NCBI RefSeq assembly: GCF_000143415.4 | Contig: NW_003314386.1 | Location: 104,852 to 168,851, forward strand | Direction of reading: 5' to 3' | DNA length: 64,000 nucleotides | Source of the DNA: Selaginella moellendorffii | Lineage: Eukaryota > Plantae > Lycopodiophyta | Shown here: positions 46,928 through 59,400 of the stretch, piece after piece | Layout of the letters: every line of letters starts with the position of its first letter | How positions within the stretch are numbered: the stretch's first letter is position 1 | Program-made: the position numbers and the translations under genes | Notes under the pieces: generated by a model | Seen by the model: the letters and a program-made list of their open reading frames with translations, nothing else | The model's database searches: none | What the model was told of the DNA's origin: nothing

Positions 46928-49612
46928 TCAAGTCAACGACAGAGTTTTTGTAAGACCACTGCCTGACAAAACCACGCGAAGATCACTCGATGGATCAGAG
47001 CTCGAGAATCTTTCTTCCAGCTTTGCTTTCTCCTCCCACATCCCTGCTGCCGCATAGACGTTCCCCATCAACCGAAACACCGCGCCATCGCTCCCGCCAC
47101 CTCTGCTCATCAAGGCCTCGAAAGCCATCTTTGCAACTCTTAAGTTCTTCCACTTCTGGCACGCCCCGAGCACCGTCTTCCACGCCACCGCGCTCGCCTC
47201 AAACGGCATCGCTTCCAGCAGCTCCACTGCCTCGTCCAGAGCATTCGCTCGCCCCAGCATGTCCACCATGCAGCGGTAGTGCTCCACGCCGGGAGTGACA
47301 CCATATTTGGAGCTCATCGCCTGGAAGTACCTCCTCCCCTCGTCTACAAGCCCGGCGTGACTACACGCGATGAGAACGCAGATGAAAGTCACCCGGTTTG
47401 CTCCAAGCCCCTCGTCTTGCATGCTGTGGAAGAGCCGAAACACGCTGCTCGTGTCACCCAGCCTGCTATACCCTGCTATCAGTGCCGTCCAGGCCACCAG
47501 ATCGACGCTGCCCAGCGAGTCGAAAGTGGTGTGAGCGTCCACCATGCTGCCGCACTTGCCGTAGACGTCCACAAAGCACGTAGCCAGGAGAGCCTCCGTC
47601 TCGTGCCCCCACCGGCAAGCGTCGCTGTGGACGGCCTTGCCGAAGCGAAAGGCCACTGAGCTTCCACACGCCTTGAGCACGGCGATCAGGTTCTGCGAGC
47701 TCAGCGAAAAGCTCTCCTCCTGTCTCATGCTGCCAAACGCATCCACGGCTTTGGCCTCCTCCCCTGCCTCGATGTAGCCCAGGAGCATCGAGTTCCACGA
47801 CACCATGCTGTGGAAAGGCATGGCATCGAAGACTTGGCGAGCGTCCACCATGCTCCCACATCTCGCGAAAACGTCGACAAACGTGCTGGCCAAAAACACG
47901 TCCGTGTCGCACCCCAACTTCGCTGCCTGTGAGTGAACAGTCCTGCCTTTGTCCAGAGCGAAAACTTTCACGAACTTCCCGTCAACCTGTCTTGCTTCTT
48001 CCTTGGCAGCCACGCCGATGCAAGCTTTTGCCGCCGCGACGAAAGTTAGTGTGTCCGGCTCGAAGCCTTCGTCCTTCATCGTTGTCAAAAGATCCAAAGC
48101 CAGTCCCTCCTCCCCACTCTCTGCGTATCCCATGAGCAAAGCAGTCCATGCCACGACACTCCGAGAAGGCATCCTGTCAAACACGCTGCGGGCGTCCACC
48201 AGGCTCCCACAGTTCACGTACATGTCTATCAGCGTGATTGTCACGAAGCAGTCCGCCGTATGGCCTTTCTCCACAGCTCCAGCATGCAAAGCCATGCCTT
48301 TCTCCAAACTTGCCAGCTTCACGGCCCTCCCGTCGATTTTTCTGGCGACTTCTTTTCCTGCAACGCTGGTGCAAGCCTTCAAGGCGGCAACGTACGATCG
48401 AGAGGTCGGAGCACAGTCCCTGGAAGTTTTCATGCGGTCGAAAAGCTCCAACACGGTCCCTGCCTTTCCATACTCGCAGTAGCCAAACATGAGAGCGTTC
48501 CACGCCACGGCCTTTTGACACTCCATGCTGTCGAAGACTCTTCGAGCATCCGTCATGCTCCCACACTTGGAGTAGAAATCCACCAGCGTGTTGGCGAGCA
48601 CAGCCTCCGGATCATCGATACTGGATGCTTGAGCGTGTACTCTCGTGCCTCGCTCAAGAGCCACCACCTTGACGAGCCTCCCGTCAACCTGCCTTTGGTC
48701 TTCTCTCGCCGCAAGGCCGGAGCAGGCCTTGACGGCAGCAACGAAAGTGAGAGCATTCTTCTCGCAGCTCACACGCTCAAACAGCTCGAGAGCAATCTCC
48801 CCCTCTCCATTCTCGGCATATCCCAGTAGCAAAGCATTCCACGACACGACCGTGTGAAACTCCATCCTGTCGAAAGCCCCCCGAGAATCCACCAAGCTTC
48901 CACACTTGGCATACATATCCACCAGGGTGTTCTCCACGAACACATCCAGAGAGTCACCCTGGATCCTCGTCGCTCGAGAGTGAACCATCATTCCTTTCTC
49001 CAAAGCACCGAGCTTGACTTTTCCACTGCCGATGACAATCGTGCTCTCTTCACTGTCCGCGATGGCAGAGCACGCCTTGATTGCTCCCATAAAAGTCCCC
49101 GCATTGGGACGCAAGCCGCGGACTTCCATGCTCTGGAACAAATCCAGCGCCAAATCCCCTCTTCCATTTTCAACGTATCCCAGCAGCAGCGAGTTCCAAG
49201 TCACGACGTCATACTGTGGAAATCTTTCGAAGATCTGAGCTGCCTTGACCAATCGCGACCCCAAATCTCTGTCACTCACACTGCCGCTCGAATCAAAATC
49301 CTTGCTGCTGCTGGATTCCAGATACCCGGCCATGAGCGCCGTCCAGGCCACCACATTGCGGCAAGGCATGGCGTCAAAGACCCTGTGTGCATCCGCGACG
49401 CTGCCGCATCGCGAGTACATGCTGACCAGGCTGCTGGCAACGACGAGATTGGAGCCATAGCCCGCCGCGACGGCTTCATTGTGAAGATTCTTGCCGCGAT
49501 CGAGGTCACTGGAGCTGCGGCAAGAGCGTAATATCGACACGAAGTAGTGGACGCTGATCCTTACCTCAGAATGCAGTGCCCTCGCGCCGATGCCGCGCCT
49601 CAAACACCGCAT
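46928..49612 (-). CDS. PLS-class PPR protein with E domain, copy 2 (894 aa)
   Basis: Nearly identical to 37577-40252. Confidence 0.94.
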   Translation of the reverse strand: MRCLRRGIGARALHSEVRISVHYFVSILRSCRSSSDLDRGKNLHNEAVAAGYGSNLVVASSLVSMYSRCGSVADAHRVFDAMPCRNVVAWTALMAGYLESSSSKDFDSSGSVSDRDLGSRLVKAAQIFERFPQYDVVTWNSLLLGYVENGRGDLALDLFQSMEVRGLRPNAGTFMGAIKACSAIADSEESTIVIGSGKVKLGALEKGMMVHSRATRIQGDSLDVFVENTLVDMYAKCGSLVDSRGAFDRMEFHTVVSWNALLLGYAENGEGEIALELFERVSCEKNALTFVAAVKACSGLAAREDQRQVDGRLVKVVALERGTRVHAQASSIDDPEAVLANTLVDFYSKCGSMTDARRVFDSMECQKAVAWNALMFGYCEYGKAGTVLELFDRMKTSRDCAPTSRSYVAALKACTSVAGKEVARKIDGRAVKLASLEKGMALHAGAVEKGHTADCFVTITLIDMYVNCGSLVDARSVFDRMPSRSVVAWTALLMGYAESGEEGLALDLLTTMKDEGFEPDTLTFVAAAKACIGVAAKEEARQVDGKFVKVFALDKGRTVHSQAAKLGCDTDVFLASTFVDVFARCGSMVDARQVFDAMPFHSMVSWNSMLLGYIEAGEEAKAVDAFGSMRQEESFSLSSQNLIAVLKACGSSVAFRFGKAVHSDACRWGHETEALLATCFVDVYGKCGSMVDAHTTFDSLGSVDLVAWTALIAGYSRLGDTSSVFRLFHSMQDEGLGANRVTFICVLIACSHAGLVDEGRRYFQAMSSKYGVTPGVEHYRCMVDMLGRANALDEAVELLEAMPFEASAVAWKTVLGACQKWKNLRVAKMAFEALMSRGGGSDGAVFRLMGNVYAAAGMWEEKAKLEERFSSSDPSSDLRVVLSGSGLTKTLSLT

Positions 49613-49684
49613 GCTCCATCCCGATCGAAGAACCCTAGAAACAGAAAACCTAAAATTCCTCGCGCGCTGAAAGGATTTAAATTT

Positions 49685-50060
49685 TCTTTACGTGGCTTCA
49701 TGCTAATTTCGTCATCTCTCTCTTTGGCCGATTTCTTCATTCTCGAATAGCTGATCCCAGCCCCTTGAAGTTGTAGCGTACATACTGCCCAACCAATATA
49801 AATGGCCTGGAACTAAAGACCAGTCTTGAGTACTTCTTTTTCCATGGCGAACCATGCCAAGTCTCAAGAACATAACATCCCAAACTTGTTGGACAGCTTC
49901 TGAAGAGATTGGTGATCTAAACCATGGATCTAAACCAATGCGGCAGCGTCTTGCGTTGCAAGGAGAATTCCAGCAAGAAGCGAGAAGCCAGAAACTAGAG
50001 AAGGAACTCCATTTCTCAACGGGGAAAATGAGATTCTTCCATTTGATCCTCTAGTGGAAC
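49685..50060 (-). pseudogene. CYP-A 5' fragment
   Basis: Homologous to 29380-29705 and 40480-40870, with deletions. Confidence 0.8.
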
Positions 50061-50144
50061 AAGACATCAGGATTAAAATCACTAGTTTGAAATAGTTGAC
50101 TAGGTCCATGTGGAGCTTCTCTTAGTTCGAGAATTATACAATAT

Positions 50145-51418
50145 TTATTTTGCAATCTTTGCTTGCCTTGGAGTTACACGAACTTGCAATGGTAACTTTG
50201 GCCAACTTACTGCTCCAAAAGTCTCATCCAAACCATAGCTTTTCCCAGGAAGACGATGCCAGTTGTTTCCAAGAGTGAGATAAACAGTTTTGCCGAGTGA
50301 CATTCTTCTCCCAGCTCCAAACGGAATCAGCTCAAAGTCGCGGCCTTTCACGTCGATTGCCAACCGGAAACCTCTGGGGCCAAACCTTTGTAGGATTCTC
50401 CCAAACTTTTGGATCTCTGCCAATAGAGTAAAAGTTGACAATGGTGGTAACGTTGAACTTCGAATGATTGACCCAAGACACAAGCTTGCATTGACATCCT
50501 CGGCACCAGCAATGGCATTGAAGGGTGAATCCTGAAAGTTTCCTTGACGATGGCCTCAAGATATGTCAGCTTTGGGAAGTCAGACTCCAAATCCATGCCA
50601 TCTCCGCCTAGATCGATGAGTCAGTCAAGTTTGCTTTCCAGTTCCATATAAGTGAGTTTATGCCATCTTGGCTCAACTGGAACATACCACAGGCCAAAAG
50701 AGTTGCTGCCAAGCAGGACGAATTCCTCCAGAAGATCATCGACGAACACAAAGCCAACAAATCCCACCCCACAACGGATTTCATGGATACTTTGCTTGAG
50801 CACAGACGAGATGACCAAGAGGTTGTCAAAGCCACCTTAGTGGAGCGGAGAATGATTCTAACATGATAATTTATACTCTGGAATGCTTTGTCATAGGAAA
50901 TTCTGGCAGCAGGAACAGAGACAAGCGCATGCACAGTGGAGTGGGCTTTGCTATAAAAATCCAGATATCATGAGGAAAGCACAAGAGGAACTTGATGTTG
51001 TCATAGTCCTTGAATACTCTGGCCTCTGCTAGCTCGTCGCCACTCAAGTTCTCTCCGGGAAACCTCTTGCTCATGAGGATCCGAGTTTGTACTTTGAATG
51101 TGAGGCCCGTGAGGTGCTCTCTCGCATCTACAATACTTTGGTCTTTGCAAGCTTGGGCGAGTGATGATACGAAGTAAGAAAGCTCCTCCATTCTAACCCA
51201 AAAGAAAGAGTCGATGCATTTGACTGTGAAGAGCTCGGTGGTGCAGATCCCTCTCATGCTCTTCCAGTGATCACCACTAGCCAAAGCTATTCCCTTGAAA
51301 TTGTAGCCACTGTGCTCTCCAACCAGCAAATATGGCCTGAAACTGAAAGTTGAGTCTTCAGCCTTGAACACTTGTTTTGCTAGATCTGGACTAGAAATCA
51401 CAATTGCTGGGATCATCC
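50145..51418 (-). pseudogene. Cytochrome P450 ('CYP-B4'), 5'-truncated with internal inversion 50611-51006
   Basis: B-type sequence on the - strand flanks a segment reading WNIPQAKRVAAKQDEFLQK on the + strand. Homology ends abruptly at ~51418. Confidence 0.88.
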
Positions 51419-52844
51419 AAGCCATCTTTTGGATTTCTATCATCATCAAGACAATTTTATTTTTCCTTTATTCCATCACCACCTCCAGCTTCACCAACTA
51501 CAAATACAATATTTTCTCACAAACCATATTCAAAACCATCTTTAGGATTATATAGTTCTACTTCTCCCCCTAAATCCAGCTTGTCATTGTTTGGCTTGTA
51601 CATTTTGTATAAGCATTTGCCTATGTCTCTAGAAAGTAGATTTGCTAAAAAAAACAACCTTTTATCCCCTCTATTGCAACACATGACAAGTAAGGATAAT
51701 TCTTCTCACCTTTCTATTTTGGCTTGGTATTGAGTATTCCTGAGCCATGTTCTGGATCCCAGAACAGTTACATCCAAGCTTACAAGGCAATCAAATTCTG
51801 GCAAAACTAAGTTGCTTTGAAAACCATATTGAAAATTATATGGAATTATCATGTGCTTTCATTGTTTAGCATACTATAATCTTAAATTTTGTTAGCTTGG
51901 TAGTAAATAAACTTTTTTGGTGCCTACTTAAAATCATGATATAGTTATAAGACTAGTTTTCTAAGTAGTTTTTGAGTTTTCACTTCACAAGTTCATCATG
52001 GAGGTAGAGGAGATAATCACTTAATCTGTCATGCTTCTTTGGGTTGGGCTTTGTAAGTAGTGTAAGCAGTGTTGAAAAAGTATAGAACATGAAAAGTTAG
52101 ACTTACTTTCCTTAATTGACGTCTTTTTCTTTCTCTATTGTGTTTACTCCACCAAAAATCTTCAGCTCTTTAAGCTAGGTAAAGATTATATGTTTTTCTC
52201 CAAAGCTATGAAGGTCTTGGAGAAGACCTAGCTCATATCCTTGTGCATCCAATGTGCTAATTGAGTTTACAAATGGTGTTTTGTTCAATTTGTCTTGTCT
52301 AGAATTCTAATATGCACTATTGTTTTGTATTGTTAGAGCTTGCTATCACATCCACTACAATATCATTATATTTCTAGTTGATTTTGACATTTTGCAAATT
52401 GAATGATTGTATACAAGGATGCATGGAAATGATTTTGGACTTGGAAGATGGTTGAAGTTGGGAGCAATAGTATAAATAATGTGTTATAGTTCTTTGTTAT
52501 AGCAAGGTATAGTGTACTTGACATATAAAGTGTTCAGAACTAGTAAAATAAGATAGTTTTGTGTATAAGCTATGGTTTGGTCTAAAAGTAGTTGAAAAAG
52601 AACAAAGATCCAATGATATAACAATGGAAATTGGAAACCTCTTTGAAGAGACCACAACTTTGGATATGGTAATAGTTGAGTTTAATCTTTGAGGAAGAAG
52701 TTTTAAACATAAATAGTTATAAAAGTATAGAATACTAAATAGGTACTTCTCTTGAGATAAGGTGATGGCTAATTAATATAGTCAAAATTAATATGTGATG
52801 GCAGTGAATATACCTAAAATATGCTTTGATATTCTAGGATATTC

Positions 52845-53021
52845 TACCATCTAACGGTTGATATTCATTTAGATTAATCTTGTATTTATAAACATGTTTA
52901 TAATTTATAAAATTTCTTAAACCCTTTCTAGTATATTCTTTTTTATTCTATCATCTAATGGTTGATATGCAATAAGATTAATCTTGTATTTATAAACTAC
53001 AAATATGCTTATAATTATAAA
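52845..53021. repeat. AT-rich tandem duplication (~103 bp period, 2 copies)
   Basis: cta.catctaa.ggttgatat...agattaatcttgtatttataaac occurs at ~52845 and ~52948. Confidence 0.8.
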
Positions 53022-54895
53022 CTTTGGATTAGTAAGTAAGAATAACACTACTATTAAGCAAACCAAGTGTTAATTTGTTAATATAATTTTCTTTGAACTA
53101 CCCATACATGCAATAGAGTTTATCATGCACCAAGAACAGAAGGTGGTGCACTAGGTTTTATCTCTGTTCATCATTCTAGATTGAATCAATAAAAGGGCTA
53201 AGGTAAGAGAATGATTGTGAAAACCACATCTTAGAAAAGGCTATGCCATCACTAATAATGAATAAGCATTGTACCTACATGTATGAGTGACCCCCCCCCC
53301 CCCCCCCTCATGTGTGGCCATCTCCCACATAAGAGCTCTAGCAATTTCATATAGGTATACAACTTTTGATATTGGAGTTTATAGATAGCTTTAGTATATA
53401 TATTGAAAACAAGTGAGTTCATTCTTGGGAAAGATTGTTTAACAAATAATATAGAGAGCACAAAAGTGAAGAATTCAAATCTTACTAGTAGTTTTGATGA
53501 TTTCAATTTTCTATGGGCATGGTGGTATGGCTGGACCATTGCCAGAAACGTTGAATAAATTATGCATAACTTTCACATTATGATAATTTGATATATAGAG
53601 CATCAACCACATTAAAGAGGGAACATTGGGATTCACTCTCAAGTCACAACTTCATCTAGTAAGTCCATAAGTAGAACCTCATGCTGTAGTGGGTTCTTGT
53701 CGAAGGGGGTTGGTAGAACATCCTCTAGCTCCTTTAGTCTAAAATTACTGTAAGCCATATTGCAAAATAAGATATAGTGGTAAGGCATGTTTAAAACTTA
53801 CCAAATGGTGGAAATTGTAGTGGCGATGGAAATTCCAGCAGAGTTATAAAAAGCTACATACTCAGCCTCTACTTCAACATCTTCCTTGTTACTCATCTAA
53901 TTGTTGTTCAGGAATGAAACTTCCTCCTCTGCTCCAAGGGAAGCTCTTTGCCTAGAAGATCAAAAGGATCGTTATTTAGTTTTTGTGTGCATGGTTCATC
54001 TTCTTTACTCTAAAAATGTTCACTACCACTTGCACTAGTGCTAGATGAAGCTCCTAATAGAAAAACTTGAGAAGAGGATATACAAAGCTTTGAAAACATA
54101 AATGTTTATCATTTTGATTAGTTTTCTCCATCCTCACTTGTGCTTGCTTCTGGTAGCTGAAACAATTCATATGAGTCCTCATGTTGAAGAGGAAGATGAC
54201 TGTAGACTTGAAACAATTACTATTGTTGCAAATGCTTACTTAAATTCTATATATAAGCTAGTAGTACAGTTTACTGCCCACTACCTATCTCCCCACCACC
54301 CACTACACCTTCCACCACTGCCTATCACCACATCACCACCACCCAACCGATTGTAATTCACTAAAAATATATAGTGAATATTTATATGTCCATAAGGGTC
54401 CTCCAGATCTTCCATCTTGTACACTTCAATCTTCACCAGCTTGTTCCTCAAGTGTGAGGCCCCAATCCGCTCACAGCCCCCAGTGGTGAGGCTCTACACT
54501 GACTCGAGACAGGTTGGAGACAGCACAGATTGTCTACATTTGCTCTTGCCAAAGGTTGCATGCTGTGGTATAGTCTTTTGGAACAGTGAGAGGTTCACGG
54601 AACAGGTGCATCGTGAGTCGACACAGCGAATCCAATAGGAAGTCTTGCCTCGTGTGCTTGTGCGGCGATGGCACGACTTCATTTAGCAGCTGGACATGGG
54701 TGGGAAGAAGCCAAATTTCATTCTCCACGGTAAGGAGGCTTCGCATTTTTTATTTGGCTATTGAAAAGCTAGAGCAGCTCTTGGAATTCTAATGGAGAAC
54801 CTCAAGACTCAGAAGGGCTGGGCAGTGGGCTCACTCCCTGCTCATGGGAATGCGTCAAGCTCATGCCCAGCTGGTGGGAACCCCTCCCGCAACCT

Positions 54896-55077
54896 TGGCG
54901 TGTCAAAAAGGCATGGGCAGGAAAGCGCTCGTGCAGTCTTCATCTAGCGGCAGTCTTCGTGGTCCAAAATCCTTGTGAGGACCAAAGCCCACACAAGCAT
55001 GGATTTTGGACCACGAAGACTGCCGCTAGATGAAGACTGCAAGAGTGCTTTCCTGCCCATGCGTTTTTGACACGCCA
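54896..55077. repeat. Long inverted repeat/hairpin (77-bp arms, 74/77 complementary, 28-nt spacer); candidate small-RNA precursor
   Basis: 54896-54972 is the reverse complement of 55001-55077 with 3 mismatches. The spacer has extra cttgtg/cacaag pairing. Confidence 0.9.
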
Positions 55078-56418
55078 CTATGTAATTCTAAGTATAATTA
55101 TTTTCTCAAAAAAATGACTTTTCAAAAGTTAAATTTTAACTTATATTTTGTGGTAAAAAAGGCCATTGAACTTGGATGAATGTCTACTTAAATGGACCTT
55201 GATTTTGAGCAAATGCCCCAATTATTATCATGTTGTCAATAGGAATGCTCAATGGTGCTATTGAATAAATTCTTGGATGGTGTATTATAATGTGTAAGGA
55301 GAACAACTTAAAAGTTAGTCTATAAGGGTTAAAATATAGAGAAAAGAACCTACAAATAAGTGTACCTTTTTTTTCAATTGGTTGAAAGTTTTGGGATATA
55401 GAGAATTAAATATCATTTGGTTTAAGTAACATTAAGATGAGTGACCTAGAAAAGCTGAATTAAAGAGCTCATGTAATGTGCCTGATTGAAAACTGGCAAT
55501 AGTTTAAATTCCACCCTATTATATAAGTTTGATCTTTACCTTATACAACTCCATCACTTTTATTGCCAGTTCTTGAAACCACCTATAGTAGTGTAAGAGC
55601 TATGCTTTTGGAATGGCAAAAAACTTCATTATCATTGTGGTGAGAGGTTGGAGGACAAGAGCATTGAGCCTCTAGTAATTGTAGTTACTAGGGGCAACAA
55701 CGTTTGTGATCAAAAGAAAAACATGTAAAAACAAAAAGTTAGTGTGGGAGATGGTGCTTGAAACATAAGTAAAATACCTCAAGCCATGGGGAGGTGCAAG
55801 CTAGGTTAGGATGATAGAAGGTCTAATAAAGCTATCACTAGTTCTTGCACAAGCATAGTTGGCACTGCCTGCACCTCCAACGGTGAAGGCACTAGCACTC
55901 ATGCTACCACTAGCAATTGCAGTGGTGTCTGATCCATTGCATTGATCCTCTATGTTTTCAAGGATCTAGCCTACATAAACAACGCAAAGATAATAGAGAG
56001 AGAAGGACAAAGAAGAGAAAGAGTTCATCATGGATTGATCTGACTCACATATCCTTCAATCCAAGTTGAAGACTTAAGATCAAGCCTTGATCCAAAGTGC
56101 TTGATTGATAAATTTCATGGTGGGAATGACCATAATATGATTGCCATTGGTAAAGAAAATCATGCCAAAATTCTGAAGGGAGCAATAAAGGGCAAAACTA
56201 ACCCTAACCCTATGCCAATTTTTTTCATGGACGTCAGCCCTAGGACTAAAGGTTTTCCTAAACTCAAATAGTTAGTCGGCATCATCAAGAACAACAAAAA
56301 GCGTCATGCCACTCTTAATCTCATCAAAGTTATGACCTCCCTTCTTGTACTGGCCAGGAAATTTTTGGTTCTCTCGGATAGCTTGGCAAATTTCTTCAAC
56401 GTTCTCGAAAATCTTCGT

Positions 56419-59400
56419 TTACACGGTGTAGTGCTGCTGGATCGTGTCTATGTCCAATCCCTTGAGCCTCACCACCGATTCGACGTGACCCTTGAGCGTA
56501 AGAAGCTCCCTCAACCTGGATCAATCCACCAGCGTCGATCATCACACATGAAAACTTTCTATGAACCAAAAACTTTTCTTTTTACCTGGCGATCTCGGCA
56601 CGCCTCTTGGCTTGCTCCGCGATCTCGGACAGCTCCTTGTAGCTGCCCCTGTCTTGAGTCATCTTTGTTTCCGGTGGATGGAGCCCGTGGAGTGTTCGCT
56701 GGGCGTGAGCCCATTGAGCCTCACGGGCCTCCTTTCCAAAGTCCTTTTGGGTTGTAAAAGCAGTCTGTTCGTGAAAAGAAAAGCCAGTGAGCAATCTGGA
56801 AACTTCAAGAAGAAGAAAGAAAGATCACGGACCTTATTCTCGATCATGTTCTGCCATGCTTTGCCGCTTAGCACGTAACGCACGAAGATCTTTAGGAAGT
56901 CTAGAGGGATGTAAGTTACGAGACTGTAAAGCCAGATAGCACCAGCCCATCCCCAGCCAATTCCTTTGATACCAGCAAAATTCCACCTTGCATACACAGC
57001 AAGGAGCGTTGCCACCTGAAAGAAAAAAAAGTTAAAGACCAAACGACGGCAGGAAAAAGAAAAAGAAAAAAGAGATGATGAGAGCTCATTACCATCTGAG
57101 CGACAAGAAACGCCGAAAGCAACAAGAATCCCGGACGCTCAAAGTATGAAAAGCTTCGTGACCTTGTGACAAAGATTAGTGCCTGACTCACGATACTGAC
57201 TTGCAGGTACACCGCAGCAGTCAATTCCCTGTTGCTGTCTTTGATGGTTCTAAGGTGGAACTTGCTCTGCGGGAATCACTCGCTTTATGTCAGCTTAGAG
57301 ACCGAGAGACTCTACCTCAAAAAAGTCGGTCTTGTAGATCATCCAGAAGAATAACACTGTCATCAATCCCATGTAGGTCCCGAGAACGATGCCGGTTGTG
57401 AAGATTTCCCGGAGCTTCCAACTATCAGGCAGCGGAGAAGGTTTGACACGATCTTTTGAGATTGTCATGATGGTACCTGCAGGGACACGCGACATCCTGT
57501 TCATCAAACACATAAAAGAAAGATAATGCACCCACCATCATTCAGAATGGCAATGATAAGAACCATGAATGGAGCAAAGTCGAATTTCCATATGAGAGCA
57601 AGTAGCATAAAGCCGAGCTAGAAAGATAAACAGTGGTCAGTGACGCCTGAGCAGCATCATATATGTAAAATGTAACTTACCACTATACGGATTGTGATCG
57701 ACACGGCATAAATCTGTGGAGACAGCTTATAGTTTAGAGAAGTAAAGACGTTGCAACGCTGCTTACCGTGTAGTTTTTCATACGCTGGAAGATAGCACGG
57801 CTGGTAAGAACAGCACTGATAATCACACTAAGGCCGGGCTCAGTTAGAACAATATCAGATGCACTCCTTGCCGCGTCAGTAGCATCTGCTACAGCAATAC
57901 CAATGTCTGCCTTCTTTAACGCAGGAGCGTCGTTCACACCATCGCCAGTCATACCGCAGATATGCTTCTTTTCTTGCAGCTTCTTCACAATTTCATACTT
58001 GTGTTCTAGACACAGAAGTAAATCATAAGCACGAGTCTTCTCAAGTGCCAAACGAAAAGCTTACCTGGGAATACTCCAGCAAAACCATCAGCCTTTTCAA
58101 TCAGCTCCTCAACCGGAAGCGCAGCAAGATTCTCATCTTTGTGGTTTCCAAGCAGCGAAGAAGATGGATACATGTTTGTCCCCATCCCAAGACGGCGACC
58201 AGTTTCCTTCGCAATTGCCAATTGATCACCTAGAGAAAACGAAAGCTCACTTTAGGCACTCACAACTGACAGGGAAATCTCACCTGTGATCATTTTAACG
58301 TTTACACCAAGATTCAAAGCCCGGCGAATGGTTTCAGCGCTGTCGTGACGGGGAGGGTCAAAGAGAGGCATCAGTCCACAGAACCTCCATGGTCCTCCCG
58401 GACTTTCCTTGTTCTTCTCGGGTACGTCCTATGAATACAAAACTTTGTAAGGAACTAGTCTCTTAGGACAAAAAAAAGTGCCAGACCTGTATGGCAACGG
58501 CAAGAGAACGAAGCCCTCGCTCAGCGAACTTGTCGATGATGGAGTGAACCTTGTCTGCTATTTCGGACTTATTGTGAGCCAAGGCGAGAATCTTCAGAAG
58601 CAAACATAGCTTTAGCCAAATCAGAAAGCAAAAGAAAATACTGGGTTGTTCGAACCTGCTCAGGAGCTCCTTTACTTGTTCTGTGCCACTTTCCATCGGA
58701 GTCAATGTAGGTGAGTGCTGTCCTCTTGTCCACAGGATTGAAAGGCAGAAAGTGCACTTCCGTGACATTAGCCCGAGCCTGTCACACTCATTCCAGTTAA
58801 GCTAGCTTCAAACTTTAAACAGCGGGAGCCACAGACCTCTTTAGGATCCGCAAGCATTCCAACAATGGCCGTGTCTATTGCATCCTGGTTCTCAGTTCGA
58901 GACGCTCTCGCAGCCAACAACACTACCATTTCCTTGTCCACTCCTTTCGTAAACACCTGAAAATATAATAATACGCACTATGAGAATCTCTGAGCACTTA
59001 AAAAACTGATGTCAAGTCACTCGCCTCGATAAGGTTTTTGTCGACTGTGAGTTTGTTCAGTGTCAATGTACCCGTCTTATCACTGCACAGGACATCCATT
59101 CCAGCCATTTCTTCGATAGCAGTCATGCGCTTTGTAATAGCTCCCTGTAGTTCCATAGAATTGTTTAGGAACGTCAAATAGAAAGAATGAAAACTAAAAC
59201 AACTTTTAACGAACCTGTGTCGACAGGCGGTGAGAACCAATAGCCATGGTAACAGACAAAACCGTCGGCATTGCAATTGGAATCCCGCCAATGAGCAACA
59301 CAAGCAAATTGTTGATGCCATCACGATACTTCCTCCTCTGGATTGGATACATGACGATGATCTCGATCACCATTCCAATGGCAATGGAGCAGATGCAAAA

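Noticed and set aside
53291-53307. C17 homopolymer (G-quadruplex potential)
   Set aside because: A simple repeat in degenerate sequence, with no evidence of function.
56196-56212. ctaaccctaaccctat and scattered aaaccct/tagggttt motifs
   Set aside because: Too short for a telomeric array. At most these are telo-box-like promoter motifs that cannot be supported individually.
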